From Octopus vulgaris (lineage: Eukaryota), in contig OX597818.1 in NCBI GenBank assembly GCA_951406725.2, positions 23,374,001-23,438,000 of the forward strand: a stretch of DNA of 64,000 nt, written 5' to 3'. Below, piece after piece: positions 1 to 13,613 of this stretch; the first letter of the stretch is position 1; each line of letters starts with the position of its first letter. The position numbers and the translations under genes are program-made. The notes beneath the pieces were generated by a model. That model was not told the DNA's origin. It saw only the letters and a list, made by a program, of their open reading frames with translations, and made no database searches.

Positions 1-172
1 TAAAAGTAAGATATGAGTAAATGAGAGGGTGATGAAAAAATAATAATGGAAAATCAAAGAGAGAATGATTGTGTGAAGGTTTTCCTATGAAAATATTTAT
101 ACCTAAAAATTGCCAAGCTTTCAAAAACCCATGAGATATTGTTTGGAAAAGTCTTTGACTTGGTCTTATTTC

Positions 173-489
173 TGACGTCACTAAGACACCTCGCAATCCT
201 TGGGAGCAGTTAAGCTCAAGCTAAAATGTCAGTAATGGCCTCCGGCAGGGAGGAACGGCTATTGATACAACAGCGATCTGGATTAATGCAACAGTAGCAG
301 AGTAGAAAAAAAAATAAAGATAATAATCCAGGATTAGACTGAGAGCTGATGGGAAAATTTATAATGTTAATCTTTACCAGCATTAGTAACAGTTTGTAAA
401 AGTCAAAGCTAATACCCAACTACTTTGGGTCAAATTGGAGGATATTGGTGTGACTACATCGCGGAGGCTGCAAACAGCTCTTTTGAAAG
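173..489 (+). promoter_or_regulatory. Candidate promoter and non-coding first exon (CRE palindrome, CpG-enriched, strong splice donor)
   Basis: TGACGTCA at 173-180; locally more GC/CpG-rich unique sequence; AAG|GTAAGA donor at 489/490; short ORF 226-297 (MSVMASGREERLLIQQRSGLMQQ*). Link to the tetraspanin is unproven. Confidence 0.35.
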
Positions 490-783
490 GTAAGAAAACT
501 TGAAATGACTTCACAAAATTGATGTTAGAAAACGTTTTGATTTCATGTAACTGCCCTTTACACAAAATGCTTCAATTTAAAGCAAAAATCTTCCACCAAC
601 ATCTTTGCGTTATATTTCTTTTGTTATCTCTTCGATTCCTATTTAGCCCTTTTTTTGACAGTGAAAAAATGACAATTTTCTTTCGTATGGGTTTCTTTCT
701 CTTTACGAAAATTTTTATAAATGCGAAATTCTACTGTATAAAAGAGACATTTCTTGCCATCGTGTAATAAATAAATGAATAAA

Positions 784-801
784 TAAATAATAGTAATAAT
801 G

Positions 802-880
<79 letters not shown>

Positions 881-918
881 CAACAACAACAACAAAAATA
901 TTAGTAATAATAATAATA
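784..918. repeat. (AAT)n/(AAC)n microsatellite
   Basis: Trinucleotide run seen directly; representative of many simple repeats in the window. Confidence 0.95.
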
Positions 919-1164
919 AAGATTCCAACTAAATAATTGTAATCTAGATAAGATTTAAGTATAATAGATGAAAGTGGAAATATTAGTTATATATATATAT
1001 CGTGAAGTATATTTGCCACCTAAATGTGGCTGACCCATATGGGACGATGCTACGGTAGTTTATAGCCCCAGGAAGACATAAGTATGTATGTATTATGTAT
1101 ATATGTACGTATATGTATTTAAATATATATATATGTATATGTCGCTATTGAATATGTATGAGTA

Positions 1165-1242
<78 letters not shown>

Positions 1243-1249
<7 letters not shown>

Positions 1250-2183
1250 TTGAGTTGTGGGGTATCGCACGAGTGGGATTATATAAGAAAAAAGGTTTGA
1301 AAATGCAATTTAAACGATGTTTATTTACTTAACCGGTTTCACTCTTTGGTAAAAGATTGTCAAAAGTTACATTTAAGGAAACATTGAATAATATGGGTTC
1401 AAAAAAGTTTTTTACATAATTGTCACATTGAATATTATGCATTCAAAAAAGTTTTTTACATAATTGTCACATTGGATATTATGGGTTCAAAAAAGTTTTT
1501 TACATAATTGTCACATTGGATATTATGAATTCAAAAATGTTTTTTACATAATTGTCACATTGGATATTATGAATTCAAAAATGTTTTTTTATACATAATT
1601 GTCACATTATTTGGGAAAATTTGGCAGAAAAGGATAAAACAAATATATTATTGGGAATTGGTTGCGTTAATTATTGGTTGTCGCAAATTGTCACATTACA
1701 TGTATATATATACAATCTTTGGTATATATATACAGCGTTTTGACAGCAAAAATTAAAATGGCTTTTTTGTACATCTCAGAATATTTTAAGTATGTTTTTA
1801 CTGACCTGTCAGTATTAGCAGAAAGGCTGAACTGAGAGAACAGAAGAAGTAGCCAATGTGGTGTATACTTCCCCTTATAAAAAAAACATTTTTGAATTCA
1901 TAATATCCAATGTGACAATTATGTAAAAAACATTTTTGAATTCATAATATCCAATGTGACAATTATGTAAAAAACTTTTTTTGAACCCATAATATCCAAT
2001 GTGACAATTATGTAAAAAACTTTTTTGAATGCATAATATTCAATGTGACAATTATGTAAAAAACTTTTTTGAACCCATATTATTCAATGTTTCCTTAAAT
2101 GTAACTTTTGACAATCTTTTACCAAAGAGTGAAACCGGTTAAGTAAATAAACATCGTTTAAATTGCATTTTCAAACCTTTTTT

Positions 2184-2190
<7 letters not shown>
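1243..2190. mobile_element. Fold-back element with about 310-bp inverted arms, 44-bp internal tandem repeats and an HHR motif in each arm; PLE-terminus-like, inserted in (TA)n
   Basis: Arms about 1281-1592 and 1877-2190 are near-perfect reverse complements; repeat units start at 1398, 1442, 1486, 1530, 1574; (TA)n on both sides. Confidence 0.7.
2104..2144 (+). ncRNA. Minimal type I hammerhead motif, U3:A8 variant (mirror copy 1327-1367 on -)
   Basis: ACTT-TTGACAA-TCTTT-tacc-AAAGA-gt-GAAA-CCGG-TT-AAGT: stem I ACTT/AAGT, stem II TCTTT/AAAGA, palindromic helix III ACCGGT; 2 extra nt before GAAA. Confidence 0.5.
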
Positions 2191-2248
<58 letters not shown>

Positions 2249-2474
2249 TTATATATATATATATACCCGTATTTATTTATTCATGTATCCTTATATGCTA
2301 ATATCAGTATATATATACATATAAGTATATATAAATAAGTATATATATTCATACTCATACATACAGAAACATATATATATATATATATATATGATATACA
2401 CACATACGTATATGTGTATATATATATGTGTGTGTCTCTGTATGTATGAGTATGAATAAATATATTTATTTATA

Positions 2475-2535
<61 letters not shown>

Positions 2536-2629
2536 ATAAATATATATATTCATTCTCATAAAGAGACACACACACATATATATTTAAATACATATAATAC
2601 ATATATAATACATGGATACATACATACGT

Positions 2630-2872
<243 letters not shown>

Positions 2873-3178
2873 TGTATTTATGTATGTATGTATGTATGTA
2901 TGTATGTATGTATGTATGTATGTATGTATGTATGTATAAATATACATATATATATATAATGCCCTCACAAGTGCGTGCCCACACACGCACATACACTCAC
3001 ACTCTCACACACATTGATGCATCATACATATATGTGTATAAACGTATACCTAACTTTATTCATATATACACAAAAATACACACACATATATATGTATGTG
3101 TGTGTATGTGTGTGTGTGTTTGTGCATATAAGTTTATATTTAAGTATATACTTGTATGTATGTGCATATAAATATAGT

Positions 3179-3232
<54 letters not shown>

Positions 3233-3315
3233 GAGAGACAGACAGACAGACAGACAGAAACGGGGAGAGAGAGATCTTGCTAGATATATATATAAACACA
3301 TAAATGCTCGTGTTT

Positions 3316-3398
<83 letters not shown>

Positions 3399-3761
3399 CA
3401 CATACTTGTATGTGCATGCATATGTGCACATTATTTAGGTATATGTGTGTTTGGAGATTGAGTAGTTTTATCACATTTACATTCACTAACATGCATGTTT
3501 TTCAGTAGACAAACATATACGCGCACGCACATGCACACACACACATGCATGAAATTATACTTGTATACACATGCACAGACACATATTTACATACATTCAT
3601 GCACAAACACGCACATATGTATATTTATATATTCAAGGTATCAAAACAAAATGCATGGACACATTGAATGATTATATAACCAGTTTTTGTTAAAATGCAT
3701 TTTGTGTTTGAAAAGTGATCAGAATTTCTAGACAGAATTTAAGTTTTTTTTTTTAATGAAC

Positions 3762-4190
3762 GGGCGCAGGAGTGGCTGTGTGGTAAGTAGCTTGCTTACC
3801 AACCACATGGTTCCGGGTTCAGTCCCACTGCGTGGCACCTTGAGCAAGTGTCTTCTACTATAGCTTCGGGCCGACCAAAGCCTTGTGAGTGGATTTGGCA
3901 GACGGAAACTGAAAGAAGCCTGGCGTATATATATATATATATATATATGTATACATATGTATGTGTTTGTGTTTGTGTGTCTGTGTTTGTCCCCGCCAAT
4001 ATCGCTTGACAACCGATGCTGGTGTGTTTACGTCCCCATAACTTAGCGGTTCAGCAAAAGAGACCGATAGAATAAGTACTAGGTTTACAAAGAATAAGTC
4101 CTGGGGTCGATTTGCTCGACTAAAGGCGGTGCTCCAGCATGGCCGCAGTCAAATGACTGAAACGAGTAAAAAAGAATAAAAGAGGGTAAA
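3762..4190 (+). mobile_element. tRNA-derived SINE, family A (internal microsatellite, Deu/Nin-like GGGGTCGAT segment, AAAAGAAT tail)
   Basis: A box TGGCTGTGTGG, B box GGTTCAGTCCC; homologous copies at 18687, 20762, 23716, 37443(-), 62570. Confidence 0.9.
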
Positions 4191-4861
4191 GAGAGCCTGT
4201 TTTCAAGCTGATAGCCATTCTGATCCTGACACTGCTGATAATGCGAAACGTTGGAATCGCGAGCACCACGAAACACTTTCGCTCTGCACTTGTGTGCATT
4301 CTTGAGCATTATAGTATTATTTGAAATCAAATGATACTCTATATTATCTAATTTCTCTGTCTGAAGAATTTCTAATTGGAAATTCCTTGCATGTTTACCT
4401 AACATGTGAAACTCTGTAATTCCTATTAGCCAATGAAATGTCTGTAATGGTGATTTAATAATACCAATAAATCTACCAACTTCCTGTTTTCTTCTACAAT
4501 AACATTGCAAATAGTATTTCCAGAATTTTTATCTCTCTTATATACACTGCATCTACACAACAGCGACAGCAACTACATACTAGATTGTAATAAAGAAGTA
4601 GGCAAATATGCTTCATGGGGAAACAGCTGGGATGTACCTTATGTACCTACATCCATACAAACTCACACATACACATACACATACACACACAGGCATATAT
4701 ACATATGCAGTAGTAGTTGAAGCTATGTTGCGTTGATCTTATGAAGTTACAATCTGGACAACAAAAGAGTGTAATTTTAAAGTAACTAATGAGAAATAAC
4801 AGACTGATTTTATTATACATACATACATACATACATACATACATACATACATACATACATA

Positions 4862-5690
4862 CGACGGTCAGTTGAAAAGTTCATAGGCTGACCAACATAC
4901 TCTCATAGAATGTGACTAAATGAGTTTTATTTTTCAACAAAGGTTCCCTTGTAGACCATACACTTCTTCCATATATGTTGCAGTACTTGGATCCCATCGC
5001 TGAAGAAACTGTCATCCTGTTGGTAAAAAAATGTCAACAGCAGATACGTAGTCATTATCACTGCGATACTGCTTCCCAGAAAAAGTGTTTCTTCATGTTG
5101 GGAAAGAGATGATAGTCAAATGGGGTCAGGAAGGGTGATCAACCAGTTCAAAGCCACAGTCACGCACAGCAACCATTGAAACCAATAGCTTGTGTTCTGG
5201 AGCATTGTTCTGATGAAACAAGGCCCCTTTCGTCAGTTTTCATGAGCGTTTGGTCTTGATAGCCCTTTGTAACTGCCTCAGGAAGTTGGTATAGTACCCT
5301 TCATTGATAGCGTGACCCTTTTGAAGATAATCAATAAACAAAATATCTTTTACAGCCCAAAAAATCTGAGGCCATCACTTTTCCTGCAGATGAAACGACA
5401 TTGGCTCTCTTTGGAGTAGGTGAGGAGGGGATTGTTTTTTTACTTTGTTTTGTTTTTGTCTCTGGCTCAAAGTGTTGAACCCAACATACACCCTAGTTTA
5501 GATGACGTTCAAGGAAACCAGCTTGATCTGCTTGAAACAATGTAAGATTTTTCCATGATGTGATCAGCTTGGTGCGTTTTTGATCAGGCTTCAGATGTCA
5601 CATCCACCGAGCTGAAACCTTCGTCATGCCAAGTTCATTGTGCAGAACTTTTTCAACTCTCTCACGGGAGATGCTAAGGCTTCTTCCATT
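4862..5690 (-). mobile_element. Degenerate mariner transposon, 3' part
   Basis: TA + CGACGGTCAGTTGAAAAGTTC TIR; minus strand encodes a mariner-type C-terminus (..WKKC..KG..VEK*). Confidence 0.7.
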
Positions 5691-6395
5691 GGAGGTGTAG
5701 GCCTGTTCCATAATGACGACTGCTGCTTCATCTCAGGGACGTACTCATAGACCCAATCCTTGTCGCCGGTGGTAATCCTCAACATTAGGAATGGGTCACC
5801 AGCGGCAAAAGAAAATCTTGACAGACTTCGACGTGATATTCTTTCTGCTCAGTGGTCAGCAGGCGGCAGACAAACTTGGAAGAGAGACGCTACATGTTCA
5901 CTTCAGACGTTAGGATTGCCTGCATGGACCCGTACGACAGACCAATATCAGCAATGTCCTTGATTGCCCTCCAACGATCCTCACGCAAAGTTCATGAATT
6001 TTCTCCACACTTCCGGAGGTGACGCTTGTGTTAGATCTTCCAGGTCGCTCATCATCTTCCAGAGACCTTCAGCTCGAGCTTTTGAAGCCCCCGTGCCACT
6101 TGAAACATTGCGTACGACCCATTGCCTCGCCACCGTAAGCATGCTCAATGTCTCTGTAACAGACTTCCAAAGTTCAACGTAAAATTTCACGTTAGTTCTT
6201 TGACAAAAATCACAGACTACAGTATACACGTGATCACAAAACACAAATTTCACAACTTGCGGAGTAAACACAACGATGTCACTCAGCACACTGACTTATG
6301 AAGGTCACTGCAAGCTCTTACTGCGCACGCAACCGTGTGCTGCCATCTGTTAGTGCGCTACAGAACTAGTCCCAGAACTTTTTGATACCACCTCA
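5690..6395 (-). mobile_element. Mariner transposon, 5' part (HTH region)
   Basis: QRTNVKFYVELWKSVTETLSML; TIR GAACTTTTTGATACCACCTCA followed by TA; same family as 6410-7241. Confidence 0.8.
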
Positions 6396-6409
6396 TACAT
6401 ATATATATT

Positions 6410-7241
6410 CGAGCTAGTATCAAAAAGTTCCCGGACAAGTTATGTTTAATATAAAAAATGACTTGTTTACCTAAGTTTTAACATCACTTTCGAAATAGTC
6501 ACCGGTTCCAGCGTTCCTGCCACTTTTGGAATTCGGCCTGGAAATCGTTTTCCGTAAGCGAGTCGAGGACCTGCCTTTTCATCTTGAGGAAGAGATGGAA
6601 GTCCATAGGTAATAAATCTGGTGAATAGTGAGGGTGCAGAAGCGACACCATGTTGTTTTTGGCGAGAGACTCACGAGTGAGGAGAGCTCGGAGACAGGGT
6701 GCATTGTCATTGTGAAGAATCCAGTTCTTTGCACTCCACAGATCCGGTCGCTTTCGCCGAATGTCCTCTCTCGAACGCTTCAAAACGTCGCAGTAGAACT
6801 CTTGATTAACAGTTTGGCCGTGGGGGACGAATCCTCGATGCACAATACCGCAGATATAGAAAAAAACGATAAGCATGTTCATGTTTGAACTGCAACAGTT
6901 GAAGTGCCCGTACCACCTGAAACATTGAGCACAACCCATTGCCCTATTGCTGTAAGCTTGCCAAAACATGCTCAATGTCTCTGTAGCAGACTTCCAACGT
7001 TAAACGTAAGATTTCACGTTGGTTCTTTGTTCCAACTTCCTGCCAATGACAAAAATCACAGACTACAGTATACACGTGATCACAAAATACAAATTTTACA
7101 ACTTGTAATGTCAACACAGTGATGTCACTTGGCACACTGCCTCTTGAAGGTCACTGCTAGCTCTCACTGAGCACACAACCGTGTGCTGCCATCTGTTGGT
7201 GCGCTACAGAACTAGTTCAGGAACTGTTTGATACCACCTTG
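6410..7241 (-). mobile_element. Internally deleted mariner transposon
   Basis: TIRs CGAGCTAGTATCAAAAAGTTCC / GGAACTGTTTGATACCACCTTG; ORF 6499-6975 with WILHNDNAP and HPHYSPDL..MDF mariner motifs. Confidence 0.9.
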
Positions 7242-8188
7242 TATACATTACATGTATATGTATGTATGTATGACTATGTATGTATGTGTGAGTATATATA
7301 TATATATTTATATATTCCAATGGTCCCCTAATAATTCTTTAAAATGAACATTACAAAGCACATTTCTTATCCTCCGACGAGAAATCCTTTTACTTTGTCG
7401 TTTATTTTTACAAAGATGCATTAAATGACAGTGGCTTCAAAGATAAAATATAATATATACCTAACAAAGCAAATTCATAAACTTAAAAAGTGAAGGTAAA
7501 ATATTACATGGTATAATCCACCTTATGATTTAAGGTTTTTTTTCAATTTCATCAGGATTTCTTTGAATAAATATTTCCCTTCAGAGTATCTGTATCAAGA
7601 GAGCTTTAATTAAAATAGCGTCATGGTAAAATGTAGATGTAACAAAAACTTGTTTAAAGAAGAATATTATTGTCTTCTATATAATTTCAATAAACTTTTC
7701 AACGATATTCGTCTCCCAAAAACAATAGGTTTATCGAGCTAAGTTCTTCGCTGCAGATAATAGTGAAATAAAAGGTGTATAGGGTTTACTAAAAATCCGT
7801 TTCATATATTATCTCGTAAAATATGCATACATTCAGACTCTCAGAAAAATGCCTTTCCACTGCATCATCCAAATGTATCTGGCGTTTAAAGGATATTGTT
7901 AACAATTACAAAATCAATTAGTCTATTATAAAGCATGCATCCACCCACATTAATTTCTCATGAAGGTGTAGTTTATGTCCCTTGGAAAAGTTTAACATTC
8001 TACTACAACCTTAAAAAAAATTTTTTTTATCAGAATTTATGCATTCTAAAAAATAAAAATTCCGTCACTATTTATTAAGGAATACCTTGAAAGTTGTTAT
8101 TATAAATTAAAAATATCATGCATTTGATCATTAACTCTAAATTTCATTAAATGTAGCCAACCTCTTTGTTTACATATTATATATATAT

Positions 8189-8271
<83 letters not shown>

Positions 8272-8272
<1 letters not shown>

Positions 8273-8475
8273 GGTGGCTAATTGGTAGAGTAGATAGCAC
8301 GCCAAGCAAAATGCTTGGCGGCATTTTGTCTGTCTTTATGTTCTGAGTTCAAATTCCGCCCAGTTTGACTTGCCTTTCATCCTTTTCGGTAGATGAAATA
8401 AGTGCTAGTTGAGCACCAAGGTTGATTTAGTTCCCCCTAAAATATATCAGGCCTTGTGCCTATCGTAGAAAGGAT
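8272..8475 (+). mobile_element. tRNA-derived SINE, family B
   Basis: GAGTTCAAATTCC B box followed by GCCTTTCATCC domain; homologous to 48020-48251. Confidence 0.8.
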
Positions 8476-8831
8476 TGTGTGTGTGTGTGTGTGTGTGTAT
8501 TTGATACTACAGTGTTGAAAATATCATTTGGCGGCCTATAATCGAACAGACATATGACAAGTAGGCTTATAACCAAAGCGTTGCAATTGTGACAGTACCA
8601 TTTTCGTTGACAGTGTATCTATGTCTACATTTTCTCTTTTTTTTTTCATGATAGATTATAAATTTATGAGAATGCTGCTAAGTAATTATTACCCAATGTG
8701 CATGTTTGTGTGTGTTATTTATAAATATGAGAAAAACTGTACTGAAGACATACTGTACATTTTACGGATCCACTAATACATTTTTTTATTTGGCGTGCTC
8801 CAAAACTACTCATATCGGAAATAAATAAATA

Positions 8832-8924
<93 letters not shown>

Positions 8925-10690
8925 CTACAGAGTTGCTCAGGTAGTAACACGCCATAACCACAGCATTGGCTTGTTTGTTCCAGCCACGCTGTGTGTACTG
9001 GTCCATTGCTGGATAACAAGAAGCTGGAGCCTGCCGAGTGCAACCCTATCACCATCAAGGGCTTCAGTTTCATTACCACTGTTATTCACAATATTTTGTT
9101 TTTTCATTGTCACTCATATAAGGTAGCGATTATCAGGTTGCGCAATTACCAGTGTTTTTATTGTAACACCATCACAGGAAAACTAACTTAGCCATGTCAT
9201 GGATCGATTGTCGTAAGACATACGATATGATCCCACATTCTTGGATTATGGAATGCATGAATCTATTTGGTATTGCATTGAATGCTGAGAGATTACTTAG
9301 AAAAAGTATGGCGAAGTGGAGGACGGAACTGACAGCATATGGAACAAGTCTAGGAACAACAGAATTCAGTAGAGGCCTCTTCCAAGGGGACTGTTTGTCC
9401 CCACTGATCTTTGTACTGTGCATGATACCACTAACACTGATTTTGAGGAAAGCAAAGGCTGGGCATGTATTCAAAAGCTGCCAACGAAAAGTCTACCATT
9501 TGTTATTCATGGATGACCTCAAACTTTATGGTGTATACTTTCAGTGCTGAATTGAGTTCGGACTGAAAAAGTGGGGTGTGTTAGTCTTGAAGAGAGGCAA
9601 AATTAAATGTATGGACGGGCTAGTGATACCATCGGGGGAGGTTATGAAGCAAATAGAAGAGACGGGTTATAAGTACTTGGAGATATTGGAAATGGATAAA
9701 TTGATGGAGAAAGAAATGAAAGAAAATTTTAAGGTTGAGTACTTGTGCAGACTAAGACTGATCCTTAAGTCGAAATTAAACGGACAGAGTAAGATTGAAG
9801 CTATCAACACCTGGGCGGTTTCACTCCTTAGATATGGAGCAGGGGTAATTGTATGGACAGTAGACGAACTAAATAGCTTAGACTGAAAGACAAGGAAGTT
9901 GCTGACTAGATATGGAATACTCCACCCAAAAAGTGACACAGACAGACTGTACGTACCAAAAAAAAGAGGAGAAAGAGGACTGATTGGATGTGAACACAAC
10001 ATTAGAGCAGAGGAAACAACATAGCATGGTATGCAAAAAATGCCACAGAACCGCTACTATTGGAAGTAAGAAGATCAGGCTTGTGTGGGATGGAAGATTG
10101 CAAAGGTAAAGCACTGTACAAGCACTTGAGAATGAAGGAAACTGAAAATAGGTGGATAAAGAAAAGAATGCATGGACAATTTCATAGGGATGCTGAAGAT
10201 AAGACAAAGACAAAAGATGGCTATGGATGACTAAAAGTAATTTAAAACTGGAAACAGAGACTCTAATTTGTGCTGCCCAAGAGCAAGCATTAAGAACCAA
10301 TTACATCAAATACAGAATAGGAAACCAGACATAATGTTAATTGAGAAAGAAAGCAAAGAATGCTGGATTATAGATATAGGTATGCCCAACTGACAATAAG
10401 GTATGAGATAAGGAAGAAAGAAAAGTTGACAGATATAACAGGTTAGCTTGGGAGGCTAAGCAGTTGTGGTCACTGAAAACGGTGGCTGCAGTACCAAAAA
10501 TTGTTGGAACTATGAGAACAGTGAATAAAAATCTTGAGAAGTACACAAAACAAATAAGGGCTGCAATAAGGGTGGAGCACTTGCAGAAAACAGCACTACT
10601 TGGAACCACTCAAATATTGGGCATTACTTTAGTTCACTGGTAGTGAACAGCTGATACCATAGTACATCTCCAGCGTTAGAAGTTGAGCAA
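8925..10690 (+). mobile_element. R4/Dong-clade RLE non-LTR retrotransposon, internally deleted and disrupted
   Basis: RT motifs DCRKTYDMIPHSWI, GLFQGDCLSPLIF, LLFMDDLKLY; downstream KRMHGQF and AAQEQALRTN; flanked by (TAA)n. Confidence 0.85.
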
Positions 10691-10700
10691 AGACAATAAG

Positions 10701-10736
<36 letters not shown>

Positions 10737-10769
10737 GTAATAATAATTATAATAATAATAATAATAATA

Positions 10770-11233
10770 CAACCATACTCTGGGATATGCCGATACACAC
10801 AGATAGAGAAATTAAGGCCAACAGACCAGATATAGTTGTCAGAGATCATGAAGAAAAAAATGCTTTCTAATTGATGTATCAATACCGGCTGATGACAACG
10901 TGTCTCTAAAAGAAATGGAGAAACTCTCAAAATACAAAGACCTGGAAATAGAGGTAACTAGAATGTGGAATCTGAAAACAGAAACAATTCCTATCATAGT
11001 AGGTGCATTAGGCATGATAAAAAAATATTCAGACAAATACATAACAAAAACACCAGGACTTACAAACACATATAACATACAGAAAATTGCACTACTAGGC
11101 ACTGCACACATCCTACGCAGAACACTTTCCATACAATAACCATCAGAGCATCACAACAAATCACAGCACATACCCAAGGCACACAGAGCTGCGCTCGGTA
11201 GTGAAGTGAAAGCACGCTATAAAAATAAAACTA

Positions 11234-11238
<5 letters not shown>
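10770..11238 (+). mobile_element. Second R4/Dong-like 3' fragment (restriction-like endonuclease)
   Basis: ILWDMPIHTDREIKANRPDIVV...KEMEKLSKYKDL...PIIVGALG...GTAHILRRTL*; AATAAA; (TAA)n flanks. Confidence 0.85.
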
Positions 11239-11287
<49 letters not shown>

Positions 11288-11288
<1 letters not shown>

Positions 11289-11478
11289 GAGATTGAAATA
11301 GAATGCCTGGTAGAGCTCCTTGAGAAAATTTGCTTCTTAGGGACAGCAAGGATTATCAGGAGGATTCTAAGCACTTGAAAGACTGCCAAAAACGTGTGGC
11401 TACCTAAGGTTACAGGTGGTAACCTGCTACCCACATAAATCCTACAAGGAATAAGACCAAATCTGAGCTTTGTTTCTA
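11288..11478 (+). mobile_element. Third R4/Dong-like extreme 3' fragment
   Basis: LLEKICFLGTARIIRRILST* followed by a 3' UTR and a (TAA)/(GAA) tail. Confidence 0.65.
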
Positions 11479-11863
11479 TAATAATAAGAAGAAGAAGAAG
11501 AAGTAAGGATGACATAGCTGAGAGTACAATTATATTTCTTCATGTTCAAGGTTTCAAAATTTCTCAATCCCTCAGACTGCCAGTGCTGATCTGACATAAG
11601 AAATACTTTTCTAAATTCTCAGTCGATGTTGGAATCTTGCACAAGTCAATCTCAAAGGGTAGTAATTCCTCATAGAAAACCTTACTTGGAAAACAGATGG
11701 GTATATATTAATATATCCCTTTTAAGGAATATATCAGTAATATTTTATTTGGGCTTTAATTTACACATTCAAATTTCTCAGTATTGCAAGTGTTCATTGT
11801 AAACTCATACATTCAAAGTTTGTAATTCATAAGTCACAGACACAGAATATACAGGATAGTATA

Positions 11864-12080
11864 TGATGGGGTACTGAAATGTTCCTAGCTTTGAGTAAAA
11901 AAAATACAGAAGGATCAGCTAATTATGATTTTATTCAACATATGCCCCCTCTCAGATTCACACACTGATTGCAGAGGTCCTTCAGTTTTTCTAAGCTCTG
12001 TAAAGAAGCTCGGAAGGTTGGGCTTCCAACCAGACTTTTCCTGATACCCTTAAAGCCAGGAACTTTTCAGCACCCCCTCA
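11864..12080. mobile_element. Mariner-derived MITE
   Basis: TIRs GGGGTACTGAAATGTTCCT / AGGAACTTTTCAGCACCCC, TA flanks; inverted homolog at 42830-43043. Confidence 0.8.
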
Positions 12081-12113
12081 TACATACATACATACATACA
12101 TACATACATAAAT

Positions 12114-12221
<108 letters not shown>

Positions 12222-12379
12222 ACATACAAACAAAAATACCCTGTTGTTGATGTTGAAATTCCAATGAAGAAGCCTTGGATCTAGGTTACAAACCGGCTCT
12301 TTCTCTATTGACAAGAAATCTTGAAAAAAAACTGAACAATGACATGCACACACATACGTACACACACACACACACACGC

Positions 12380-12418
<39 letters not shown>

Positions 12419-12466
12419 TTTATATGGTATGAACTTTTTAGTTCTGTTCTGTGCATGTTTCCTGTT

Positions 12467-12549
12467 CATCCTGATGAGGGGATCGTTGCTGTGATGCACT
12501 TTAAATGTAATCGAACCATGGTAATGAGCTCCCGAAGTGGCCGAAGGTG
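12467..12549 (+). ncRNA. Degenerate type I HHR with long loop 2
   Basis: CATC-CTGATGA-GGGGA...CTCCC-GAAG-TGGCCG-AA-GGTG; A15.1 and U16.1 are mutated. Confidence 0.45.
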
Positions 12550-13189
12550 TGTTTGAATTGATTTTGTGGAACTCTTTTTGTTCATGGATTCTAACCTACC
12601 ATGGTTTTAAGAATTGAAATTTTTGGACATACTCTTGTATGAAGGGAGTATAAAAAAAACTTTTTAAAGATATTTTTAGTCGATTGATATTTTATTTTAT
12701 CTTAGTTTATTTAGTAGCATGACACGCTTTAGAATTTTTATGAATTGTTAGTTGTTTATATTTACCTTTCTGATAGGCTGTTCTATATATTTGTATTTTA
12801 TTCGCATATATATTTTTACCTTGTGTGTTTTTATGTGTATGTACATTTTTACATGTTTAAGAACCATGGTAATATTTATATATAATCAAATGTCTGCAGT
12901 ATGGTGACTCGAATTTGATGTTTATTCTATGATCAATATATATATATATATATATATATTTGTGTGTGTGTATCTCTTCATATATATATATATATATATA
13001 TATATGTGTATGTCTCTTCTATTTTTTAATTATTATAAATCTTCCACTGAGGAGGGAACTGGTTTCCAACAAAGATACAAGGCTCCATCTTTGGGATGTA
13101 GTTAGCACAAATTCACATTTGGAACTTGAGAAAAGTCATGCATATTTTTATTGTTCCACTCACAAATAATGTGCGTAAGTATGTATGCA

Positions 13190-13473
13190 TAGTGGTGGAC
13201 TAGGTCTAAAAATATTAGTTGCCAGGAGACTAAGGGAGCCCACCCACAACTACAATCCTATCTTTGAATTTCTTTTTTTTTTTTTTGTTAAAAGTATTTT
13301 TTTCAACTGTCTACAAAAACAGCCAGGCTGAAATAATTAATGCATTCTTCCAGGAGTGAATAAAAAATTCTCAAACTTGAGGAGATGGGCCCCTTAGATA
13401 CTAACTTGGGCCCCTGTATATGGATTCTAATGGTGCCATCGGGCAAGCTAGCAACTTGCCCAGTCTGCCACTG
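13190..13473. mobile_element. hAT-type non-autonomous element
   Basis: TIR TAGTGGTGGACT / AGTCTGCCACTG; 8-bp TSD TGTATGCA / TGTATGTA. Confidence 0.7.
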
Positions 13474-13534
13474 TGTATGTATATATATATGTGTATCCAC
13501 ATAGCTAGCGAGCTAGCCAGACAGACAGACAAAC

Positions 13535-13613
<79 letters not shown>

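Noticed and set aside
1398-1610. 44-bp periodic repeats resembling a CRISPR array
   Set aside because: Contiguous tandem units with no unique spacers, no cas genes, eukaryotic context.
4085-4510. 141-aa minus-strand ORF
   Set aside because: Non-ATG start, runs into a SINE tail, no recognisable domain or splice pairing.
12231-13170. HHR-like remnants near 12260-12300 and 13060-13095 (also about 22274, 25130 and 35120)
   Set aside because: Cores or helix III too degenerate to call individually as ribozymes.
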